Numbered from the stretch's first letter, positions 7,982-16,700 are shown. The stretch is 40,160 bases of DNA from a virus (IMGVR_UViG_3300037311_000443:1-40160); one strand, 5' to 3'. Numbers and translations are program-made. Notes: generated by a model not told the origin, from the letters alone.

Positions 7982-8166
7982 GAGCGGTCCTTTCGGCTGG
8001 GGCCGCGCAGGAGCGCGACCGTGATCACGAGGCGGATCGCGAGCGCGGGCCCACCGAACACGAGCGCTCCGACCCACCACGGTCCGCCGAGCACGACGAA
8101 GGTCGTTGCCGCCATGCCGGCGACGGTGCAGCCGACGATCACGAGCGCGGGAAGCCAGGACCTCAC
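7978..8166 (-). CDS. Small two-TM membrane protein
   Basis: 62 aa with two hydrophobic helices. Confidence 0.6.
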   Translation of the reverse strand: MRSWLPALVIVGCTVAGMAATTFVVLGGPWWVGALVFGGPALAIRLVITVALLRGPSRKDRS

Positions 8167-8474
8167 GCGGCACCTCGAGCGGGCTCGGTGGCGCGGAAGT
8201 CGGCAGCCTCACGCGGCACGCGCGGCGGGCGCGGGATCGCCGCGTCGTGCGCGTCCACGCGCAGGAGCAGCTTCACGAGCGCGCGGTCGAGCGACCTCGA
8301 GGCCGCGTGCGCGATGAGCTGCCCCTCACGCGTCGCGACGACGCTCCACACGCCCTCGGCCTCGATCGTCCAGTGCGGCTCGATGTCGCGCGCGGCGAGC
8401 TCGGTCCTGAAGTCGTCGAGGGACACCTCATCGAGCGAGGCGCGGGCGGAGGGACGGGGCAGGGCGTCGGCCAT
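8163..8474 (-). CDS. Hypothetical protein, first gene of the leftward operon
   Basis: MADALPRP... ATG lies directly downstream of the promoter/operator. Confidence 0.6.
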   Translation of the reverse strand: MADALPRPSARASLDEVSLDDFRTELAARDIEPHWTIEAEGVWSVVATREGQLIAHAASRSLDRALVKLLLRVDAHDAAIPRPPRVPREAADFRATEPARGAA

Positions 8475-8480
8475 GTCCCG

Positions 8481-8520
8481 ATGATGTAGACACAAACGGC
8501 ATGACGCAACTGTCTACATC
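8481..8520 (-). promoter_or_regulatory. Leftward promoter/operator (PL/OL-like)
   Basis: Inverted repeat GATGTAGACA(8483-8492)/TGTCTACATC(8511-8520). Minus strand reads TTGCGT-N17-CATCAT-N6-ATG (leaderless-like). Confidence 0.65.
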
Positions 8521-8621
8521 GCTCGGTGAGTCTTTTTGTGCGACCCGAACCTACAACCCAAACGGGGCTTGACGCGTGTTCAGGATTGCGGATCGAGGGC
8601 GGACGGGGTGGGATCCCCGTC

Positions 8622-9188
8622 ATGCGATGGCTCGTTTCGCTTCTGCTGATTCTGGGCTGCGGCGACGACACCTCACCGGCTGCTGCACCAGCGCCCGTGC
8701 CGACCGCACCAGAAGCGCTGCCGCCGCCTCCGCAGCGGCCGACGCGGATTGAGCGCATCGACGCCTATCCGCTGTTCCACGAAGGCGACCTCGTGTCGTG
8801 CAAGGACGTCACAACGGTGCTGACCCGGCCGCAGGGTGTACCCGAGGACATCGAACGTTCGTTTCGGTCGCGCGAAGACGAGGACCCGTCTTCTGAGCTC
8901 CGAGAGCACCAGAGGCGTGATCAGGACTGCGCGACCGTGACCGGCCGAGCAGCTCTTGCGACGTGCATCAGAACCACAGACGGGGAACCGCTTGGCTTGA
9001 TCCTGAAGACGAACTGGTACGGATTCGGAATGGTTTTCGAGAGTGACGAAGCGATGGCAGATTGCCTTGGTCACGGCGACACGTGGCATGCCGTTGCGCG
9101 CAACTCGCCCGCTGCGCTCGAAGCCGAGGGCCGCCACTTGGCGCGCGAGCGGGAGCGGTTGGAGCAGCGGATCGAGCGCCGCCGGTAG
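8622..9188 (+). CDS. Lipoprotein (moron; possible superinfection exclusion)
   Basis: Signal MRWLVSLLLILG-C lipobox, Pro/Ala linker, 4 further Cys. TTGACG -35-like hexamer near 8569. Less GC-biased codons. Confidence 0.75.
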   Translation: MRWLVSLLLILGCGDDTSPAAAPAPVPTAPEALPPPPQRPTRIERIDAYPLFHEGDLVSCKDVTTVLTRPQGVPEDIERSFRSREDEDPSSELREHQRRDQDCATVTGRAALATCIRTTDGEPLGLILKTNWYGFGMVFESDEAMADCLGHGDTWHAVARNSPAALEAEGRHLARERERLEQRIERRR

Positions 9189-9246
9189 GTCACACCCGCG
9201 TGGATCTGATCGCCCCGTTCCCGTAGGCACGCACGCGGAGGTTGAG

Positions 9247-9885
9247 GTGGTCGGGTGGCAGGAGTACGAGGGGATCGCGAGAGAGGCGCTCGAACGCGCG
9301 CACCAACACGACGTCGTCGACCTGCACGCGGTCGCCCGCGCGATCGACGTCGTGGTGCTCGAGGGCGCGGGCCGCTCGTGGGCGGCTGGCGACGTCATCC
9401 ACCTACGCGCGGCCGAGGAGCCCCGGCGCCGCCGCTGGCTGCTTGCTCACGAGCTCGGGCACGTGCTCGCGGATCGCGCTGGGCTCGACCGCTCGGACGA
9501 GACGATCGCGAACGGGATCGCGAACGCGTTGGTGATCCCGGACCCCGCCGCGAAGCGGGACCTCCGGCGCTTCGACGGCTCGGTCGCCCCGATACGCGCC
9601 CGGCACGAGCTTTCGTGGGAGGTGACGCTGCGGCGCCTCGTGACGGTGCAGAGCTTCGTGGGGGCGCTCTGGCGGGACGGTCGGATCGTCTGGTCCGGGC
9701 GCTCGCCGTGGCTGCGAAACGCGGTCGACGCAGCGGTAGTGGCCGCGCTCCCGCGTCAGCTCGCCGGCGAGCACCACGAACTCGTGCTCGCGACCCCCGA
9801 GCTCGTCGAGGAGCTCGCCGAGCAGCTCATGGAGCGCCGCGCTCGATCGTCTCCGCGATCCACTTCCAGCCCTCCGCCGTCGTAG
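9247..9885 (+). CDS. ImmA/IrrE-family Zn metallopeptidase (anti-repressor protease)
   Basis: RRRWLLAHELGH (HExxH) followed by ETIANGIANALVIP. GGAGG RBS before GTG 9247. Confidence 0.85.
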   Translation: MVGWQEYEGIAREALERAHQHDVVDLHAVARAIDVVVLEGAGRSWAAGDVIHLRAAEEPRRRRWLLAHELGHVLADRAGLDRSDETIANGIANALVIPDPAAKRDLRRFDGSVAPIRARHELSWEVTLRRLVTVQSFVGALWRDGRIVWSGRSPWLRNAVDAAVVAALPRQLAGEHHELVLATPELVEELAEQLMERRARSSPRSTSSPPPS

Positions 9886-10225
9886 GAAACTGACCGTCAC
9901 CGGCGGCGAACTTGCGAAGACGGGCGAGGGTCTTCGCGGAGTACTCCTCGCCGAAGCGTTCGCGGAACGCGCGCAACGACGGGTGACGGATCTCCGGGTC
10001 GTCGTCGCGCTCGAGTCGCGACTCGTGGGATCCGCCGGTCACTAACCAGTGCAGGTCCACGGACAGGACCTTGGCAAGGCTCTCCAAAGAATCCCCGCGC
10101 GGTGCGAACGAGTCGTTTTCCCAACGCGAAACCGCCCGGAGACTCACGCCGAGGCGAGTCGCTAGTTGCTGCTGCGTCAGGCCCGCGAGCTTGCGGGCTT
10201 CCACGATTCGTGCGCCCACCGACAT
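9827..10225 (-). CDS. cI-like XRE repressor without S24 autopeptidase domain
   Basis: VGARIVEARKLAGLTQQQLATRLGVSLRAVSRWEND...WLVTG. Short C-domain. Divergent from the cro-like gene. Confidence 0.85.
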   Translation of the reverse strand: MSVGARIVEARKLAGLTQQQLATRLGVSLRAVSRWENDSFAPRGDSLESLAKVLSVDLHWLVTGGSHESRLERDDDPEIRHPSLRAFRERFGEEYSAKTLARLRKFAAGDGQFPTTAEGWKWIAETIERGAP

Positions 10226-10260
10226 GGTCGACAACGTCGCCTCTGCCTCGGCATTTCTGC

Positions 10261-10326
10261 AATAGACGTTTCTGGCTCGCCGTTTCTGTTGACCTGCGCC
10301 GTCAATGTAGACATAAGTGTCTCCAT
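10261..10326. promoter_or_regulatory. Divergent PR/PRM-like control region with operators
   Basis: Palindrome ATGTAGACA-TAAG-TGTCTCCAT (10305-10326), weaker AGAC-N6-GGCT at 10264-10277, and TTGACC-N17-CATAAG-N7-ATG upstream of the cro-like gene. Confidence 0.7.
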
Positions 10327-10588
10327 GGACATCGAAGGGCTCGAAGGGCTCGGCGAGCGCATCGCCACCTCCCGAACAAGCGCGAGACTCACGCAGGCTC
10401 AGCTCGCTCGGATCATTGAGGTCTCGCAGGCCGAGCTGTCTCGGTGGGAGCGCGGCCGTGTGGAACCTCGTCTCGGCGTGCTCACCAAGATCGCTGAGGC
10501 ATGCAGCGTCTCGATCGACTGGTTGGTCCGCGGTGATCACCTCCCCAGCGTGCCCACCGTCGAGGGTGCCGGCGAGGTGCGATCGTGA
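10325..10588 (+). CDS. Cro-like XRE regulator
   Basis: LGERIATSRTSARLTQAQLARIIEVSQAELSRWERG..P...L..IA...VSIDWLVRG. Confidence 0.85.
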   Translation: MDIEGLEGLGERIATSRTSARLTQAQLARIIEVSQAELSRWERGRVEPRLGVLTKIAEACSVSIDWLVRGDHLPSVPTVEGAGEVRS

Positions 10589-11103
10589 CCGCGTCGGGCA
10601 CTGAACGTGCGCGCACTCTCGCGCGCACGGAGGCGAAGACGCGCGCGGCGCGGTGGTTCGCTCGAGCGCTCGCGTTGACGGGCTCGACGCAGACGGCGGT
10701 CGCGGCCGCGTGCTCGGTCGCGCGCTCGAAGGCGCACCGCTGGAGCGACCCGGACGCGGGCGAGGTGCCGACGATCGCGGACCTGCAGCTCATGCCGCGC
10801 GAGGTCGCGGTCGAGCTGCTGCAGGAGCTCGCGGACGAGCTCGGGCTCGCGCTCGTGCAGCTCCCCGAGTCGGGCCCGCGCCGCGGCGACCTCGAGGCCG
10901 GAGCGACGGCGCTCGAGAGCAGCGCGGCCGCGTGCGTCTCGTGGGCGCGGGCGAGCGCGGACGGCGTGATCGACGCGCAGGAGGGCGCCGAGGTCGAAGA
11001 GAAGGCCTCGACCGCGATCGGGGGGCTGCTCGTGATCCGCGAGCTCGCGCGCGCGGCGGTCACCGGGCGTGTGGTGTCGCTTCGACGTGCGGGAGGGGCG
11101 TGA
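10585..11103 (+). CDS. CII-like phage regulatory protein
   Basis: HTH TQTAVAAACSVARSKAHRWSDP, then ELADELGLALVQLP and ADGVIDAQE. Located after cro. Confidence 0.7.
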   Translation: MTASGTERARTLARTEAKTRAARWFARALALTGSTQTAVAAACSVARSKAHRWSDPDAGEVPTIADLQLMPREVAVELLQELADELGLALVQLPESGPRRGDLEAGATALESSAAACVSWARASADGVIDAQEGAEVEEKASTAIGGLLVIRELARAAVTGRVVSLRRAGGA

Positions 11104-11585
11104 TGCTCGCGAACGTCACCGAGGGCACGTTGATCACGCATCGTGGGCAGACGCGCGCGGTGCGAGCGTGGGCCGCGATCGCGTGCCTGCACCCCGCCGA
11201 ACTCGTGCGGCGACTGCGCGAGGGACAGAGCCTCGCCGAAGCGTGCGAGCCGCCGCCTCCGCCGGAGCCGCGCGTGTCGCCGAAGCGCGGCGCGCCCGCG
11301 TCGGGCTCGCTGAAAGACCAGCGCCGTGCACACGCGCACTTCGAGCTCTGGGCACCGGACGACATCGACGAGCGCACCCGGATCGTCGAGGAGCTCCCGT
11401 TCGCCGAGGACGAGCTCACGCAGTTGTTCATGCGCGCGCACCCGGGCGGCGCGACGCTCGAAGAGGTCGCCGACTTCCTCGGGATCACGCGGGAGCGGGT
11501 GCGTCAGCTCGAGAACGCCGCCGCGCTCGCTGCTCGTCGCCGCGCGCCGCTCGCAGGCCTCCACCACCACGTGGAGGGCGCCTGA
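11103..11585 (+). CDS. Sigma-70 region-4 HTH protein (possible transcriptional activator)
   Basis: TLEEVADFLGITRERVRQLE is a region 4.2 motif. There is an additional N-terminal HTH-like segment and no region 2. Confidence 0.8.
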   Translation: MLANVTEGTLITHRGQTRAVRAWAAIACLHPAELVRRLREGQSLAEACEPPPPPEPRVSPKRGAPASGSLKDQRRAHAHFELWAPDDIDERTRIVEELPFAEDELTQLFMRAHPGGATLEEVADFLGITRERVRQLENAAALAARRRAPLAGLHHHVEGA

Positions 11586-12025
11586 TGCGTGCTCGTCGTG
11601 CTCCCGTGCCCGCCCGCGGTCACGAGCCGTGGCACGCGCCCCCCGAGCTCGTGCAGGCGCTGTTCGACGCGGTCGGGACGAGGCCAGTGCTCGCGCTGCG
11701 TCGAGGCCTCGCCGAAGCGCGCCGCGAGCGCGCGCGGGCCGCGCTGCTCGGCGCGCTCGCCCTCGTGACGTTCGTTGTGGGCGTCTACGTCGCCGCGAGC
11801 GACCGCCTCGCCGGACACGGTGTCGTGTCGGTGGTCGCGACGACGGCGCTGACGCTCGTGCTCTCGCTGGTGCTCGGGTGGGGCTCGCTGCACGTGCTCG
11901 AACACGCGCTCACCGACCTCGATCGGGCGTACCGACGCGCCGAGGATGACCTCGAGCGCGCGCTCGACACGCAGGAGCGCACAGCGCGTGCGCTCCGTCG
12001 GATCCTCGACGAGGGCGCGGCATGA
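11585..12025 (+). CDS. Membrane protein (2 TM, coiled-coil tail)
   Basis: Two hydrophobic helices. TGATG coupling. Confidence 0.65.
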   Translation: MRARRAPVPARGHEPWHAPPELVQALFDAVGTRPVLALRRGLAEARRERARAALLGALALVTFVVGVYVAASDRLAGHGVVSVVATTALTLVLSLVLGWGSLHVLEHALTDLDRAYRRAEDDLERALDTQERTARALRRILDEGAA

Positions 12026-12192
12026 ACGCGCTTCGACGAGCTCGACGACGTCGCGCGCGTGACCGTCGACGTCGACAGCGCCGCGCCGCGGTGATGCGGG
12101 CGCTTCGAGCGCTCGTGCTCTGGCTCGCCTCGGTGGGCGCGCGACTGCGCGTGTCGGTCGACGTCGGGCACCAGCGGTGGAGGCTGCCGTGA
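12022..12192 (+). CDS. Small Arg-rich protein
   Basis: 56 aa MNALRRARRRR...WRLP, with ATGA/GTGA overlaps at both ends. Confidence 0.45.
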   Translation: MNALRRARRRRARDRRRRQRRAAVMRALRALVLWLASVGARLRVSVDVGHQRWRLP

Positions 12193-12596
12193 TCCAGTGC
12201 GGCCTCGACTTCGAGAGAGCCGCGCGCGCGGAGCGAGCGGACGAGCAGTCGCAGCAACTCGCGCGCGTGAGCGACGCGCTCGCGCCTCGCATCGTCGCGT
12301 GGGCGCTCGAGCGCGTTGGGCGGACGTTCTACAGCTCCGAGCTCCACGAGGCCGTGGGCGGGGCGCCGGCGAGCGCGGACCGGGTCCTGCGCGACCTCCG
12401 CCGGCGGGGAGTGATCGGCTACGCGGTCACCGACCGCGCGCGCTCGCAGTACGAGCTCCGCTTCGTGCGACCCGAGCGGCTCGACGACCCGCTCCCCGAG
12501 CAGCCCGAGCGGCTGCGCGAGCGGAAGGCGAAGCTGCTCGAGCAGCTCGCCGAGATCGAAGCGGCTCTCCGTGCCGCAGAAGGGCGGGCGGCGTGA
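12189..12596 (+). CDS. Winged-helix-like DNA-binding protein
   Basis: FYSSELHEAVGGAPASADRVLRDLRRRGVIGY..RSQYEL followed by a coiled coil. Confidence 0.6.
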   Translation: MIQCGLDFERAARAERADEQSQQLARVSDALAPRIVAWALERVGRTFYSSELHEAVGGAPASADRVLRDLRRRGVIGYAVTDRARSQYELRFVRPERLDDPLPEQPERLRERKAKLLEQLAEIEAALRAAEGRAA

Positions 12597-13513
12597 GCTC
12601 TCTTCCGTGGCGGAAGGCGTGGAAGCCCCGCGGCGCGTTCGCGGCGGTCGGGCCCGGGTGCCGGGCCTGGTACCACGTGCTCTGCGCCGAGCTCGCGGAC
12701 GACGACGGGACGGTGACGCTGCTCGACGACGGGCGGGAGCTGCGTCGCCTCTCGCAGGAGCTCGGCAAGCGGCTCGGGGCGTCGATGGGCGAGCGGAGGG
12801 TGCTCGAGGGCTACCTGCGCACCCTGCTCGAGCACGAGCTCCTCGTCGTCGACCGGGACGGGAAGCGGCTCGTCGTCGTCCAGTGGGAGGACGAGCAGGA
12901 GACCCCGAAGGGGGCGAAGCGGGCGGCGAAGAAGACCCCGAAGCCGCCCTCGACGCAGACCTCCCTTCCGCTCGAAACCGGAACGAACTCACAACGAACC
13001 GAGAACGAACCTCAAACGAACTCGGAACGAACTCAAAACGAGATCGCAGACAAACCCGCGGAATCACTCACTACCGCTCGGGAGATGAGAAGAGATGAGA
13101 TGAGAGGAGAAGAGAGCGCTACGCGCACGCGCGCCGCGACCCCTCTCGTCGAGCCCTCGTCGGACCCTCCCGGAGACCTCACCGGAGCTCGCCTCCGAGC
13201 GCTGCTCGAACACGCGGTCGGCAGGGCGACCGGGACCGCGCCGTTCCTCGACCACCGCCGCCTGCAGGCCGACGAGCTCGTGCGGCGCCTCGGGCCGAGC
13301 CTCGAGGCCGAGGTCGAGCACTTCGAGCGGTGGCTCTCCGCGCAGTCGCCGCTCTCGAGGCCGAGCGACCCGTGGCTGCGGTTCTGCGACCACGCCGGAC
13401 GGTGGGCCGAGCTCGCGGCGGCGCCGCCGAAGCGTCGGGGGCCCGCGCGCCCGGGCAGCGTGGAGGACTTCGAGCTCGAGGCGGCGCGCCTCGAAGCGGA
13501 GGGATGGACGTGA
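12593..13513 (+). CDS. Phage replication initiator (replisome organizer-like)
   Basis: N-terminal domain (..LCAELADDDG..LLEHELL..VVQWEDEQ), central linker with iterons and a purine tract, small C-domain. Confidence 0.75.
   Translation: MSSLPWRKAWKPRGAFAAVGPGCRAWYHVLCAELADDDGTVTLLDDGRELRRLSQELGKRLGASMGERRVLEGYLRTLLEHELLVVDRDGKRLVVVQWEDEQETPKGAKRAAKKTPKPPSTQTSLPLETGTNSQRTENEPQTNSERTQNEIADKPAESLTTAREMRRDEMRGEESATRTRAATPLVEPSSDPPGDLTGARLRALLEHAVGRATGTAPFLDHRRLQADELVRRLGPSLEAEVEHFERWLSAQSPLSRPSDPWLRFCDHAGRWAELAAAPPKRRGPARPGSVEDFELEAARLEAEGWT
12982..13116 (+). repeat. Putative replication origin: six 11-bp-phased AACGAAC iterons plus a GA-rich tract
   Basis: AACGAAC at 12982, 12993, 13004, 13015 and 13026, AACGAGA at 13037. 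Purine run at 13081-13116. Confidence 0.75.
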
Positions 13514-14115
13514 TCGCCTGCGACCACTGCGAAGCCCGCACGCGTCAGCCGCTCCCGCACGGGTGGCGCGTGCTCTGGATCTCCGACGCGCGGGCGTACG
13601 GCCACGCGTGTCCGAGCTGCGGAGAGCGCCTCGACGCGGGTGAGCGGCTCCCGCAGGCCTCGGAGGTCTCCGCGCCGGCCTTCGTGCTTGAGGCAGCCGT
13701 GCGCGACGAGCTCGGGCTGCCAGCGAGCGCGCTCGCCGAGGCCGAGCTTCACGACTTGCCGCAAGGCGACATGCCCCCTCCCGATGCCCCCGTGCACTCG
13801 CATGGGTCGGACGCGCCGGCGTCCGCTGTCGACGATCACGTTGGGCGTGACCGTCGGGACGCCGCCGCGATCCGACCGCCCTCGCCGAAGCTCATCGAGC
13901 CGGCCGAGGGTGTCGAGATCTACGACCGTCCGCGTCTCCCGCGGACACTGCGCGACGCGCCCGACGGTGCGAGCGTCGAGGCCTTCGTGCGCAAGGTCGG
14001 CGAGACCTTCGTGCCGCCGGCCGCGACGCGTCCTCGCGCGGCCGCGCCGCTCGTGAAATCGCCTTCCGAGCCACCGCCGCCCGCGCAGCGCTCGCTCTTC
14101 GGAGGCGAGTCGTGA
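13510..14115 (+). CDS. Zn-ribbon hypothetical protein
   Basis: CDHC...CPSC, Pro-rich C-terminus. An alternative ATG lies at 13504. Confidence 0.6.
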   Translation: MIACDHCEARTRQPLPHGWRVLWISDARAYGHACPSCGERLDAGERLPQASEVSAPAFVLEAAVRDELGLPASALAEAELHDLPQGDMPPPDAPVHSHGSDAPASAVDDHVGRDRRDAAAIRPPSPKLIEPAEGVEIYDRPRLPRTLRDAPDGASVEAFVRKVGETFVPPAATRPRAAAPLVKSPSEPPPPAQRSLFGGES

Positions 14116-14819
14116 AGCGCGCTCGAGCACGTCGACTGCCGACCGCCACGCGCCCGTGGCCGGTTGTGATCCTCGCGATCGACCCGGGCGCGACGTCCGG
14201 GTGGTGCGTCTTGGGTTCGGACGGTCAGAACCGCGCGCCGCGCGTCGACGCGGGCATCGCGAAGACGACGTCGGAGCGAGAGCTCGTCGTCTACGAAGCG
14301 CATCGCATGGCCGGCGACCGCGAACGACCCCTCGTCGTCGTCGCCGAGACGTGGAAGATCCCAGCGTCCTCCGAAGGCGATCAGCGTAAGCGGAGGGCGT
14401 TCGGCGCGCAGACCTCGGCGGGGCTCGGGGCGTCGTGGGGACGCTGGCTCGCCGAGCTCGAGCGCGCGGAGATTCGCCCGAGCTCCGTGATCCGTGTCGA
14501 CACGGGCACGTGGCGAGCTCGCGTGATCGGTGGGAGCCGCTTTCGCTCGACGGAGGACTGGAAGCGCGCAGCTCAGTTCCGAGCGCGCGCGCTGTTCGGC
14601 GATCAGCTCGTGCTCGGCGCCTCTCGCGACCTCGAGCCCGACGCGGCCGAAGCCGCCTGCATCGCGCTCTGGGCGGAGCGCGCGGGTGAGCTCGGTCTCG
14701 CGTTGCCGGCGGCGACGCTCCGCGCCGCTCTCGCCCGCCCCGAGGACGCCGAGCTGCTCGCGCTGCTCGAGCAGCGGCGAGGCCTCGCCCCGACGACCAC
14801 GCGCCCCGAGGGGCGCTGA
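14112..14819 (+). CDS. RuvC-like Holliday junction resolvase
   Basis: ILAIDPGATSGW, VVVAE and DAAEAACIA acidic catalytic motifs. Confidence 0.8.
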   Translation: MKRARARRLPTATRPWPVVILAIDPGATSGWCVLGSDGQNRAPRVDAGIAKTTSERELVVYEAHRMAGDRERPLVVVAETWKIPASSEGDQRKRRAFGAQTSAGLGASWGRWLAELERAEIRPSSVIRVDTGTWRARVIGGSRFRSTEDWKRAAQFRARALFGDQLVLGASRDLEPDAAEAACIALWAERAGELGLALPAATLRAALARPEDAELLALLEQRRGLAPTTTRPEGR

Positions 14820-14837
14820 GCAAAGGACCGCCATCCG

Positions 14838-16700
14838 ATGACCGCCACGACCGAAGAAGCAAAACCTCCGAAGAAGCCACGCAAGGCGAAGACCCCCGAT
14901 CCGACGTTCGAGCGGGAGTCCTACGACGGCGCGCCCGCGACCTCTCGCTACCGCCCGCCGCCGGAGTCGCTCGAGATCGCGCTCGCCCGGCTCGTGCCGT
15001 TCAAGCTCAACCCGCGCGGTCGCGTGCGGCAGGACGACCCGACGGTGCTCGAGCTCGCGGAGTCGATCCGAGAGTTCGGGCAGCTCGTCGAGATGGTCGT
15101 GCGCCCTCGTGGCGATCGGTGGGAGGTCCTCGGCGGCGAGCGTCGACTCGTCGCGCTGCAGATCCTCGGCGCCTCAAGCGCACGATGTTCGGTGCGTCGC
15201 GACGCGGACGACGACGCGAAGGCGCTCGATATCGCGATCCAAGACAACGCGCAGCGCGAGGCCGTGCACCCGCTCGACGAGGCCGACTCGATCGTCGCGA
15301 AGATGCGGAGGGAGCACCTCACGCCCGACGCGTGCGCCGCGCGTCTCAAGAAGTCGGTCTCGCACGTCTACAAGCTCGCGCGCCTCGCGGACCTCTCGAC
15401 CGAGGGCCGCGCCGCGTTCCGGGCGGGACTTCTCACGACGCAGGCCGCGGCCGCGCTCGCGCGCGTGTCGCCGGAGTCGCAGAAGGCGGCGCTGGTCGAG
15501 GCGCAGCGCTACGCGGACTCGCAGCCCGAGGGCGAGCCGATCCCGACGAATCGGGTGATCCGCGCGCTCGAGCAGCAGACGCGCGCGCTGCGCGACGCGA
15601 AGTTCCCGCTCGACGTCGTGCCGCCGCAGGCCGTCAACGCGGTCGCGTGCGCGACGTGCCCGAAGCGCTCGAGCGCGCAGACGGCGCTCTTCGCGGACGT
15701 CCTCGCCGACACGACCGATCGCTGCACCGACTCGGCGTGCTGGGACCGGAAGAACGCGTGGTGGTTCGAGGAGCTCGCGGCGCGCCGGAAGGCCGAGGGC
15801 GCGAAGGTCGCGAAGAAGCTCGCAGTGAAGGCGACGCACTACTCCGGGAAGGTCTGGGACGGAGCGGCGCTCCTTGCCGCCGACGTCGTCCCGGCCGACG
15901 AGCCCGCGAAGAAGAACGGGTGGGAGCGGATCAAGTCAAAGGGTCGCGAGCTCACGTGGTCGGAGGCGCACGAGAAGGCGTTCGGCACGCCGATCCCCGC
16001 AACGGAGATCACGGTCACGATCGACGGAGACGGCAACCCACGCGAGGTCGTCTCAACCTCGGTGACGAAGCGGATCTCGAAGGTGTTCGAGAAGTCGAAG
16101 GCCTCGGACTCGAAGGACGACGAAGCGCGGATCTCGAAGGTGTTCGAGAAGTCGAAGGCCTCGGACTCGAAGGACGACGAAGCGGAGAAGCGCCGCCGGG
16201 AGAAGGAACGAAAGGAGCAAGCGAAGCTGAAGCTCGATCGAGCGACGATGCGAGCCGCGCACGCGGCCGCGCTCGAGCGAGCGAAGCTCCTCGAGTGGCC
16301 GGATAGCCATCCCAGCAGCGCGGGCGTGCTGATGGTGCCCGCCGCGGAGGTTGCGGTGCTGCTGCGAATCGCTGCGTTCCTCGCCGTCGACAAGCTCGTC
16401 GGCTCGAAGGCGCTGGACGACCTCGAGTGTCCTCCGATCACGGCGTACTGGGAGCCGCAGGAGAAGCACGCAGCGCGCGCCGAGCATGTCGAGGACCGCT
16501 CGCCCACCGAGCTCGCGCGGCTCGTCACGGTCGCGCTGCTCGAGCGCACGATGCACCGCGACGATTCCAAGAACGGCGCGTGCCGGGCGCGCGCGCTGGA
16601 GCTGCTCGGCGTCGACGTCGCCGCTCTTCGCGCCGAGCTCGAGGCGGCGAAGAAGCCCCGCAAGGCCAAGCCGACGAAGAAGGGGGCGAAGAAGGCGTGA
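14838..16700 (+). CDS. ParB/RepB/Spo0J-family protein with Zn-binding insertion
   Basis: NPR..ELAESIREFGQL..VVRP..EVLGGERRLVA..N.QRE ParB N-domain, HTH, CATCPKR...CTDSACW. Confidence 0.85.
   Translation: MTATTEEAKPPKKPRKAKTPDPTFERESYDGAPATSRYRPPPESLEIALARLVPFKLNPRGRVRQDDPTVLELAESIREFGQLVEMVVRPRGDRWEVLGGERRLVALQILGASSARCSVRRDADDDAKALDIAIQDNAQREAVHPLDEADSIVAKMRREHLTPDACAARLKKSVSHVYKLARLADLSTEGRAAFRAGLLTTQAAAALARVSPESQKAALVEAQRYADSQPEGEPIPTNRVIRALEQQTRALRDAKFPLDVVPPQAVNAVACATCPKRSSAQTALFADVLADTTDRCTDSACWDRKNAWWFEELAARRKAEGAKVAKKLAVKATHYSGKVWDGAALLAADVVPADEPAKKNGWERIKSKGRELTWSEAHEKAFGTPIPATEITVTIDGDGNPREVVSTSVTKRISKVFEKSKASDSKDDEARISKVFEKSKASDSKDDEAEKRRREKERKEQAKLKLDRATMRAAHAAALERAKLLEWPDSHPSSAGVLMVPAAEVAVLLRIAAFLAVDKLVGSKALDDLECPPITAYWEPQEKHAARAEHVEDRSPTELARLVTVALLERTMHRDDSKNGACRARALELLGVDVAALRAELEAAKKPRKAKPTKKGAKKA
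16071..16184 (+). repeat. Exact in-frame 57-bp tandem duplication
   Basis: 16071-16127 equals 16128-16184, encoding RISKVFEKSKASDSKDDEA twice. Confidence 0.95.

Noticed and set aside
13033-14880. Long antisense and alternate-frame ORFs (e.g. 13033-14880 -, 22480-24105 -, 24644-26407 +, 27311-28906 -, 29964-31535 -)
   Set aside because: Arg/Ala/Pro-rich shadows of real genes, expected at this GC content. No motifs or coupling.
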